The notes under the pieces: generated by a model | Told to the model about the DNA's origin: nothing | Seen by the model: the letters and a program-made list of their open reading frames with translations, nothing else | Database searches by the model: none | In this document: one piece after another, positions 54,534 to 64,000 of the stretch | Layout: each line of letters begins with the position of its first letter | Numbering within the stretch: position 1 is the first letter of the stretch | Assembly (NCBI RefSeq): GCF_006345805.1 | Contig: NC_043015.1 | Span: forward strand, 14,136,001-14,200,000 | Origin: Octopus sinensis | Taxonomy: Eukaryota | Direction of reading: 5' to 3' | DNA: 64,000 nucleotides | Made by a program: the position numbers and the translations under genes

Positions 54534-56059
54534 GTATTCTCTGTATAGAATACACTTCGTAGTACTCAAGAGATTTAAACTTGAGCAGGTAGGGGAGTAA
54601 ATGTAACAACAAGCAAACTAGGCTAATCGATATACAAAAAAATATTAAATATATTCAGTAGAACAATGTACATATGTTTACATATAAAAAGGTTTAACTT
54701 ACACAGAATAGTAATGATATCAGGTATTAAAGGGGTAGAATAAGAGTTTTACAAGTCCAACAGCTGTTTCTGGAGGCTTGGTGGTCCAAAATAATGATTG
54801 TAAATTGATTCGATCATTGGATAATACCAGCTTCCATCTTCAGGGAAGAATTTTACCTTTGAGGTGTTGACAGAATGAGGTTTAAAAACCATTCTGTAAA
54901 CATATGAACATTTTTTCTATTAAATGTATATATATTTTTGTATATCAACTTGCCTAACTTGCTTCTCCTTACATTTACTCCCACACACACACACACACAC
55001 CATCATCATATTTTTGTACCCTATTTTCAACTTTCATTAAACCACCAAAAATAAATACATCACTCTAAATTCTAATATAATAACAGTTTGATCTAGATTC
55101 AGTTCAGATTCAATTTATGTTCTGTTTATTGATTCAGTTCAATTAAACATTTCTTCTATGACCAGTTTAAACTGGTTTGCAAACACTGTACATTCATTTT
55201 TATCCCCACCTTCTTCTCATTAGCATCACCAAGTACTTCTTTGTACTTGAATGAATGGCTGAACAATCTTTCAGCTTTCATATCTTTCTTCTTCAGATTG
55301 TCTTGTCTGAATCCATCTAGCTCTTATCCTGATGTTGAATGATATATTCTGTATTGCAGAAGGATTTTGTACTTGAAACCAGCTGTTTATTCTGTCTCCT
55401 GGTGAGACATGAAGTCTAACTGGTTTGAGTTTACATTTGTAGTAGATGAAAAGGTAGCAAGCCAGTTTCCTGAAGATGCAAATGGTTAAATCACTTAATT
55501 CACAAAGCTTTAATTGCCATAGTCCCTTCATTTTTTGGTTAACATCTATAACCTCAATGTACTTCGAAGTAGCTATCATTTTCCTCCAAACCAATCGTAA
55601 ATATAATTTTGTGTTACACTTGATACAACTTATTAACTGTTTTAATATTACATCACAGATTGGTATTTTCTTTTTTCTTTTTCTAAGTGATAGATTAGTG
55701 AAACAAGTTATTGTTGTTGGTTCATGCTTTCCTTCAAAAAAAAAAAAAGAAAAGAAAAGAAAAAACAACCTAAAACCTTATTAGAACAATAGCAATTTCT
55801 GAAATATGTAAGCTAATTGGTTGAGAAATTATTACCATGCTATGATTTCTAATAGATAATTATCTAGTTTATAATCTTATAACACATCAACAATATTAAT
55901 AAATGTGTTTTCATTTATTGCTTTAAAATCTTATTGCATATTGATTATTAATTAATTATATTAAGTAACAATTACTTTGCACAAAGGTCACTGAACAAAT
56001 CTTGACATATTTTCTATTTGGTTTCGGTTACACTTGTATTTGCACATCTAGTAGACTAT

Positions 56060-56340
56060 AATCTCTCTCTCTTCTCTCTTCGGTCTGTTGGTGCCTATGA
56101 GTGGCACATTGGACAGTCAGTGATTGCCAGTTATCTTTGTCTCAGGCCAACTGGTATGCTTCTTCTCCGGTGATGTTCAGTCTGTGTAGGTCTTCTTTGA
56201 AGGCACAATGCCATGTCTTCCTTGGCTGGCCTCTTTGTCTCTTACCTTCCAGCGGCATCCAGCCCATGGCTGTTTTGGCAAGCCTCTCCTCTGGAAGTCT
56301 TAGTATGTGTCCAGCCATTTTCATTCATCGTTCGGTTACA
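56060..56340 (-). mobile_element. RTE-type LINE 3' end
   Basis: MAGHILRLPEERLAKTAMGWMPLEGKRQRGQPRKTW, then a GA-rich tail. Confidence 0.8.
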
Positions 56341-57506
56341 ATAGACTATAATATCATGGAATAATTCTAGTGTATCTTTTATATTATTCCTTTTCTCTTA
56401 TTTCAGGAATTAGACTGTGACCATACTGGAGCACCATCTTGAAGAGTTATTAGTTGAATAAATTGACCCCAGTACTTATATTTTTTAAAGTCTGGTACTT
56501 ATTCTATCAATCTCTTTTTCCGAGCCACTAAGTTGTGGGGACATAAACACACCAACAGCAATTAAGTGGTGGTAGGGGACAAATACAGACATGAAGGCAC
56601 ACACACACTCACACATATACGACAGACTCCTTTCCAGTTTCCAGCTACCAAATCTACCCACAAGGCTTTGATCAGCCCAAAGCTATAGCACAAGATGCCC
56701 AAGGTGCCATGTGATGGGACTGAATCCAGAATTATGTGGTTAGGAAGCATACTTTTTACCACACAGCCACAGAGTTATGTTTCCATCAGTTGGGACTAAT
56801 TCTTAGATAACTGGATTCTTTGAATACAATCAGAGCTTTAAGAACACTATCGATGTATCATACATACCTCTGCTCCACCAAACTAAGAGAAACAAGAATT
56901 GACTTGTTAAATAGTTCATTTTTGTTTCTGTTTTAATACCAATTATTTGTTGAAGTTATGGTCTAAATGGCTATGTTTATCTAAGCACAGTGAAATAATT
57001 GATAGTGCATTGGCTTAAATGGCCATGTTTATTTTGGAATACTGAATTAAGATATTTTAAAAATGCAACATGGAATTATTTTTTCCTTTTTTGTTAATCA
57101 GTAAAAATAAAAACTGCAATAAGAGGTTGAAAACTATTAATTCTTTTTTAATTTTGACACAAAGCCAGCAATTTTGAAGTGATCGGGATACTTATATTGA
57201 CTCCAGTGTTTCAACTGGTACTTATTTTATTGACTTCAAAAGGATGAAAGGCAAAGTCGACATTGGAGTCATTTAAACTCGATGTAAAGAACTTGCTGAA
57301 ATGCCGTTAAGCTGTTTACCCAGCATGGTAATGACTCTACCAGATCACCACCTCAGGCTGAAAACTAATAATATAATGAAAGTTCTCTCTGGTATATGAC
57401 TTGTCCCATTGTCTCAGGTTTTCAATTTATAAGTTTTGTTCAATTAAAATTTCTGTTGGTAATTGTATTTATTTCTGTCAATTGGCATTTCTGAAATTTG
57501 TATTCA

Positions 57507-57711
57507 TGTTATAGGGATAATAGTATTAATGGTACACTCCTCCCACCTGATGAGTGGTATATGCTAGTCGCTATAAATAAGGTGACGTCAGTTAGTACAG
57601 GGAGAGAGTACAAAGTAGACTTTCTTAGAGAGTAGTGTCTTTAGTGGTCTGACAATTATACTGCTATACCAAAGTGGGTGTTATAACAATCCAACTTAAA
57701 GGATTACAACA
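57507..57711 (+). repeat. 5' LTR (205 bp, TG...CA)
   Basis: Starts TGTTATAGGG and ends GGATTACAACA. Followed by GTGGCAATGAGGA (PBS-like). Confidence 0.9.
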
Positions 57712-60587
57712 GTGGCAATGAGGAATTAACAAACTCACAATGAGTTACAAAATTCACAAAAGTTTTTAGTGTGAATTTTATGGTATAAAAAAAATCATAA
57801 AATTATGGAAAATTTGTTGGCTGGTTTGCTCGATTTGTAAAAACAGCAACAACAGTAACTGAAAGAACAACACCAGCAGCTAGAACTACAAGAACAATAG
57901 CTGAAACAATAACAACAACTGAAAGAATAACAACAGTGGCAGCTACAACTGCAAAAACAACAACAAAAGCAACAACGACAATCATTATTACAGCAACAAA
58001 TGCTGCAATTTATGAAGAGTAAGTCATCAGGAAATACTTTAAAAAATGTTCTCACCAGATTATGTTGTGAACTTGATAAGAGAGTTTAAGTATGAACCAG
58101 ACAAAGGAGTTACTTTCAAGGTTTACTATAGAAAATATGAACAAATCTTCAATAAAGAGTGCAAAGATTGGGATGACGATATTAAAACATATCTAATCTC
58201 AAGAAAACTGGCAGCAGGAGAACATGTGAGTTACTGCAATTGCATATTCCTGAAAAAAACTTTCTGACATAAACTTTAGATATAGATACAGTAGACATAA
58301 TGTGTAAAATTTTTAGTGAGAAAAGCTTGTTGTTCAATATATGCTGAAAATGTTTGAGCCTAAAAAAGAACAATGAGCAGGACTACATCGCATATGATGG
58401 TAGAGTTAACAGGGAATGGGAAAAGTTCAAGCTGGAAGAATTAATGCCAGATGTGTTCAAGTGCTTGATGTTTACTCAGGGACTAACTGCAGACACAGAA
58501 GCAAAAGTACGAACAAGAATTCTTGCTAAGCTAGAACAAAACCAAGCTGTAACTTTACAAGTGTCAGAAGAGTGTGAAAGAATAGTAAAATTTAAGACAT
58601 GACACAGAGAAAATTGAACTTAAAGATTGCTCCCAATTGAAACAAGTGCAAAATAGGCAGAATAGAAATCATGTGTATACTAAAATATAGTACAAACAGG
58701 ACAAGCATCAGGAGAAAAAAACCCATGTTTTGCATGTGGGGGTCTATGCCCAAGGAAAAACTGTCCTTTTAAGAAAGCAGAATGCTTTCATTGTGGAAAA
58801 GTTGGACACATAAAAACACTGTAAAACCAAGTTGACAAAATGTTGGAACAAAGAAAAAAGAATAAACAGTATGTTGTTGAAAGAAAATAGTAACATAACA
58901 AAGAGAAAATTCGTAAATGTGAAAATTAAAAATATCAGAGTGAAAATGCAGTTAGACACTGGAAGTGATATTACCATTGTAAATGAAGAAACTAGAAAGT
59001 ATTTTGGGAAACCAAAACTAATTAAATTTACAAAAGTTGCACATGGTGTTACAGGCAAAAGATTGTATTTTGTAAGTGAATTTGAGTGTAAAGTAACATT
59101 TTATGACCAAATGAAAATGGCAAAAATATGTGCTATAAAATTCAGTTAATCTATTCCACACAGAGTGGATGGAATTGTTCAAATTTTGGAATATGACCAT
59201 AAGTGTTTTGAGTGGGAATATAAGAGAGAAGGGAGAGAGAGATTATAGTCTACTAGATGTGCAAATACAAGTGTAACCAAAATCAAATAGAAAATATGTC
59301 ACGATTTGTTCAGTGACCTTTGTGTGAAGTTATTGTTACTTAATATAATTAATTAATAATCAATATGCAATAAGGTTGTAAAGCAATAAATGAAAACACA
59401 TTAATATTGTTGATAAGATTATAAACTAGATAATTATCTATTAGAAATCATAGCATGATAATATACAGTCAAAGGTTCTATTTCTAGATGTTTTCTCAGA
59501 GGAACTGAGTTGTGGCACAAAAACAAAGACAAAAATTTCAGTAAAATGAAGGGCAACACTTGTATTTAAGCCAAAACAGAACATACTACCTGTGGCAAAA
59601 TTACTGATGATAAAAGGCGAACCTTGGCCAAAAGTAGATGTTCCATGGTTGAGACTACACATCGATTTCACTGGTCCTTTAAACAGTTCATACTATTTAG
59701 TGGTAGTTGATAGTTTCTCTAAATGGCTAGAAATTTGTAAGTGTAAAAAAAACAACCTCCTCAACTGACAAATTTTTTACACAAGCTGTTTGCAAGATTT
59801 GGCATCCCAGAGGCAATAGCATCTGACAATGGAACACAATTTGTGTCTTTTGAATTTAAAAAGTTTTGTAAAACATTTGCAGCAGAATAAGTAACAACTG
59901 TGCCATACCATCCTAGATTTAACGGACAGGCAGAATGTTTTGTCAATACGTTCAAGAGACCCTAAAGAAAGTCGAATAAGGAAGTTATGGATAAGGTAGC
60001 TCTACAACAGTTCTTAAGAGTATACCATGACACCAAATCCAAATACACTAGCAGGTATGTCATCAGTGGAGCTGATGTTCGCGAGGAAAATAAAATCAGT
60101 CTTCGATAAATTGCTACCTCGCAAGAAAAGAAAAATTGCAAGGGACAATACAGCAAGATTTTTCAGAAATGGTGGGAAGGTATTTGTGAAGGAATATAAG
60201 AAATGAAAACAGGGTTGGGAAGATGGTGTAATTACCAAACATAGGAAAAAGGCTATTCTTGGTAAAAAGTGGAAAAGGTATACATAAGAGACACATGAAC
60301 CTACAGAAAAAATGATTCATTGAGAGCAAACCCAAGAGAATGGAAGAACCAATGGAATGGTTACATGATACTTTTCAAGTACTAATGCCACTTACAAGTG
60401 ACTGAACCCAGGAGAACAAGCATAAGAAAAAGAAAATGTACAAAGTTCCTGGAAGTGGATGTCAAATGGAAAAAATATTAAATGTATAACTAAGAAAAAA
60501 TAAAACTAAAAAATTGGAGGTGGGGTGATATAAAAATTATTGCTAATAAAAGAAATAAAATGACACTCCCTAAGAAAACTTAAGGGA

Positions 60588-60788
60588 TATTATGGGGATA
60601 ATAGTAATAATGGTACACCCCTCCCATGTGACAAGTGATATATGCTAGTTGCTATAAATAAGGTGATGTTGGTCAGTATAGGAAGAGAGTATAAAGTAGA
60701 CGTTCTTAGTCATGTCTTTACTGGTCTAACAACTATACTGCTATACCAAAGTGGGCGTTATCACAATCCGACTTAAAGGATTACAGCA
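60588..60788 (+). repeat. 3' LTR (201 bp)
   Basis: Direct repeat of the 5' LTR with about 27 substitutions and a 4-bp indel by manual alignment. Preceded by purine-rich TAAGGGA. Confidence 0.9.
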
Positions 60789-60839
60789 ATTAATTAAAGA
60801 TATATTAAGGCATTTATCTGGTAGAAGCATTTGTATGCC

Positions 60840-61020
60840 CGACAAAATGGTTAGCAGCATTTGCTCTAGCTTTATGTTCTGAGTTCAAATTCCACCATGG
60901 TCAACTTTGCCTTTCATTCTTTCAGGGTCAATAAAATAAATATCAGCTGAGCACTGGGATCAATGTAATTGACTAGCTCCTTCCCCCAAAATTTTCAGAC
61001 CTTGTGTCTATGATAGAAAG
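60840..61020 (+). mobile_element. Older copy of the same SINE family, opposite orientation
   Basis: CTGAGTTCAAATTCCACCATGGTCAACTTTGCCTTTCAT... is a CpG-decayed version. Other copies are at about 16340-16510 (+), 16720-16920 (+), 40110-40320 (-) and 57140-57350 (-). Confidence 0.8.
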
Positions 61021-61129
61021 AATATTAATTAAAGCTATTTTTAGCTGAAGTTTCTTCTTCTATGCAAAAATTGTAATGGTAGACATCAACTAATTGCTCT
61101 TAGGTTTTCTTTTCTACTTGACAAATCTT

Positions 61130-61358
61130 ATTTCTTTACTACCCACAAGGGGCTACACACAAAGAGGACAAACAAGGACAGACAAACGGATTGTCGATTA
61201 TATTGACCCCAATGCGTAACTGGTACTTATTTAATCGACCCCGAAAGGATGAAAGACAAAGTCGACCTCGGCGGAATTTGAACTCAGTGGCAGACGAAAT
61301 ATCACTAAGCATTTCACCTGGCATGCTATCGTTTCTGCCAGCTCACCACCTTGAAAGA
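61130..61358 (-). mobile_element. Young tRNA-type SINE with 17-bp TSD
   Basis: TCTACTTGACAAATCTT at 61113-61129 and 61359-61375. CpG-rich body (GAGTTCAAATTCCGCCGAGGTCGAC, B-box-like). Confidence 0.88.
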
Positions 61359-61498
61359 TCTACTTGACAAATCTTGCCTTGAAATGTTTTGAAAATTTTT
61401 TCAAAAAATTCTTTTTCAGTTTTCTGAAATCATTTAATAAACTAGTGAATAGTAATTACATTTTCTTTCTTTTTCTCTCTTTTTTGTACTTATTTTAG

Positions 61499-61570
61499 AA
61501 ATGCCTACAGTTCCAGTTGGGTGAATCTGTTTGGCATGCCAAACAGCAAATACTTGCCAGTTTTGGATCA
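61499..61570 (+). CDS. SHANK: Shank coding exon 2 (KCLQFQLGESVWHAKQQILASFGS)
   Basis: Long pyrimidine tract then tttttag|AAA; donor TCA|GTAAGT; 72 nt, phase 0/0. Aligns to human SHANK3 KCLRLDPAAPVWAAKQRVL. Confidence 0.93.
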
Positions 61571-62236
61571 GTAAGTAACATATTTTTGTGATGACATTAT
61601 GAACACTGCTTCATGCTTTGAACATTGTTTAACATTAAATAGTTCGATTTATGAATGCTTATTCTTTTACTGGTTTCAGTCTTAAAATGTTTAATTAATA
61701 AATTCCTGGTTATATCATGCTGATGATTTCTGAAAAGAATAAATTAATGCTGTACATGATTACCACTGCCTAGAAATTTTGAGAACTTCATAATAAACGA
61801 ACCAAAAAATATTAAATACACACACACACATGCACACACAAAATGTATGCATGTGTGATTGTATCCATCTAAGAATCCATAAATCAGGTGGGTGGGTGTG
61901 TTTAAGATAGGCTTCTGTAAATTTCTGTCTACCAATTTCTCTCACAAGGTGTCATACACCGGGACAAACCTGAAACTTGGTACTTACAAAATGAACATCA
62001 TATTACACAACCCTGCATATTGCCTGCAATATTTAACTTTTAGTGAATTTTTCAATGTGCAAATGCCTGGGAAACCAAATTCATTTTGCAGTTTTTAATT
62101 TCTGATGGTAACCAACCATTTCACTGTACATTGTTCTTGAGAAAAGTATGAGTGTTACAGTATGAGTGTTACAGGCTCTTTAAGTCTCTGACTTTTTGTA
62201 CCTATGTAATTAGTCAACATTTCTGTATTTTCCAAG

Positions 62237-62362
62237 GAACTCCGTGATGGCTACAATTATGGATTGTATTGTCCTCCCCAAAATGGTAAAGCTGGGAAAT
62301 TTCTTGATGAAGAAAGATTACTCAGAGAATACCCTTTGTCAGGTCCTATTGGGTACCTGGAA
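62237..62362 (+). CDS. SHANK: Shank coding exon 3 (ELRDGYNYGLYCPPQNGKAGKFLDEERLLREYPLSGPIGYLE)
   Basis: tttccaag|GAA acceptor and GAA|GTAAGT donor; 126 nt. Contains the hallmark NYGL..PP..G.AGKFLDEERLL.EYP motif of SHANK proteins. Confidence 0.96.
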
Positions 62363-62484
62363 GTAAGTTTGTACACTTTTCTTGTTTTATTTTGATTGTT
62401 CTTTTTCTAAAACCATTCATCTTAACATTGTAATCTTTGTTAAGATTTGGAGATTTATATTCATATTCTTTCTGGATTTTTCAG

Positions 62485-62556
62485 TTCAAATTTAAACGTC
62501 GTGTTTACAGAAGTATGGAACTCAACACAAGGAAACTAAAGCAAATACATAATAAA
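62485..62556 (+). CDS. SHANK: Shank coding exon 4 (FKFKRRVYRSMELNTRKLKQIHNK)
   Basis: tttttcag|TTC acceptor and AAA|GTAAGC donor; 72 nt. Matches SHANK FRYKRRVY...LHTK just before the ankyrin repeats. The next exon is not found in the window. Confidence 0.93.
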
Positions 62557-62779
62557 GTAAGCATAAAGCATTAAAGTAATTATTTATTCCTAATAAATTC
62601 ACAGTTTAGAGACTTTCGTTTGCCAGTAGATGTTCTGAATCCTTCCCAATTTTAGCAAAACATTATGTACCTTTGACAATGACATTTCATTCAATTTTGG
62701 AGAATTATTCTATTCTCCATTCTTCAAGACAGGTGTTTTGTATTTGTTTTTAAACAGTACATAAAGTTTCCTCCTTAGC

Positions 62780-63900
62780 ACTGAACCTCACTTTTGATGC
62801 ATGTAATGATTCTCTCCTAGATATTCCATTCCTAGCTCTCCTTCTCTGTTCACAGCCTTAAGTATTTGCACCCTCAAATACTCTAACTAAATAGTTTGCC
62901 TTGATGGTATGGTATCCAGCTCAAAGAAAATAAACGTTCTTTAGTTGGTCCTTGTCATCAGAATACTCTTACCTCTCTCTAATATACCATCTCTTTCTGT
63001 TTTCTTCAACCATCCCAACTACAAGCTTTTCAGATCTTATGAGAATCCATGCTAACTACCTCACTTATCTTATAAACTAGAGATGGCTTCCTCTTGAAAG
63101 TTTTGATGAAAGCACAGTTGTGATTCTTGCCAGTCTCACAAAAGACTTCAAACATGTCTAATAAGAATCATTTGGCAAAGGTGCCTCACCATAAGTTCTA
63201 TCAAACACTAACCGCTTGTGTAACCTTTTTGTATCTTATTAACACATATATTTCTATACTGAATATATTGATAGTCTACACTTCTCTTTGATCTTCTGCT
63301 TACATGCTTTATTCATACACATATTTTATCATCTCTTATTAGCCCTGCTAATAAGAGATGATAATGTTCTCCATTAAATGCATCCAACAATAGGGACTTG
63401 ACAATTTAATTTTACTCTACAACATCAAAACGCAAACTTTATTCATCTCCAGGAAATAAACCATCAACATTGCATTTCTACTTGTGAATAATTCAAAACC
63501 GAAACTATTACATTTCATCAAAATGCCATTCTTCACAACTTCTGATACCTTGTTATGGCAATCACATCTTTTATAACATATCCCAAGTTACACACCAAGG
63601 ACCAAGCTCTCTTTGCAGAACAAAGAAATATTTTAACCTTGAACAGCTTTTGACCTTTTACAATATATGAATATGCCTTACACCTGAATAATATCCACAT
63701 TCTGAAACGGCAACCACCACATTTTCAATTATAATGCAACAAAACACTTTGAAGCAATCTTCCATTTACCTTCAAGTTCAAACATGCCCTATCATTTAGC
63801 ATTTTTTTCTTTGTATTTATTTTATTGCCTCTGCATCCTCTTCTTCTGTTAATGAACTTGCTTTTGTTTATTTATCCCCATTTAATAGATTATCCAACCA
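62780..63900 (-). mobile_element. Highly decayed non-LTR retrotransposon remnant (possibly R4/Dong-like)
   Basis: Weak minus-strand similarity only (RITTVLSSKLSRGS vs R..LKSKLN.GN); many stops. Confidence 0.35.
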
Positions 63901-64000
63901 CTTCTTTTGCATCCCAATTCTTACATTCTATCTCAATATTTTCCTCATTTCTTCTCTAAAATTTGATACATGTGAAACTGACCAATTACTTGCTTTTCTT

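Larger units (their letters stand above)
57507..60788 (+). mobile_element. Ty3/Gypsy (Mag-like) LTR retrotransposon lacking RT/RNase H, in Shank coding intron 1
   Basis: Paired LTRs, a PBS-like site and a near-match 5-bp TSD (ATTCA/ATTAA). Gag from ATG 57805 (FKYEPDKGVTF..YYRKYE; knuckles CFACGG..CPFK..ECFHCGKVGH). Protease LDTGSDIT at about 58952. Integrase [25 protein letters not shown] and PYHPRFNGQAE. Confidence 0.93.

Noticed and set aside
55271-55768. 165-aa minus-strand ORF
   Set aside because: Starts in a poly-T run, has no splice context or recognisable motif; probably chance or decayed TE.
57547-57580. CTGATGAG in the 5' LTR as another hammerhead
   Set aside because: No GAAA core partner or stem II, and the 3' LTR copy lacks the motif.
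57795-58055. Cys-rich, metallothionein-like minus-strand ORF
   Set aside because: It is the antisense of the CAA/CAG-rich Gln tract at the start of the Gypsy gag.

Overview
Repeat-dense, AT-rich animal genomic DNA. The SINE families, RTE LINEs and microsatellite load point to a coleoid cephalopod, most likely Octopus (inferred from recognising the repeats, not from a search). The only host protein-coding gene I can support is the 5' end of a Shank/ProSAP orthologue on the + strand: four coding exons (47590-47757, 61499-61570, 62237-62362, 62485-62556), all joined in phase 0, encoding the SPN (FERM F0-like) domain. The gene continues beyond the window. The rest is mobile and repetitive DNA: decayed RTE LINEs, two Penelope-like remnants (RT and GIY-YIG), two Tc1/mariner fossils, hAT- and pogo-type MITEs, many SINEs, an RT-deleted Ty3/Gypsy LTR element inside the first coding intron of Shank, and a 3.2-kb 26-bp satellite grown from inside a SINE-like element. 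The most striking unexplained structure is a young 442-bp near-perfect palindrome (31613-32054). Each arm contains a Penelope-style type I hammerhead ribozyme fold: one has an intact core, the other carries C3U. Most long ORFs in the six-frame track are repeat artefacts.
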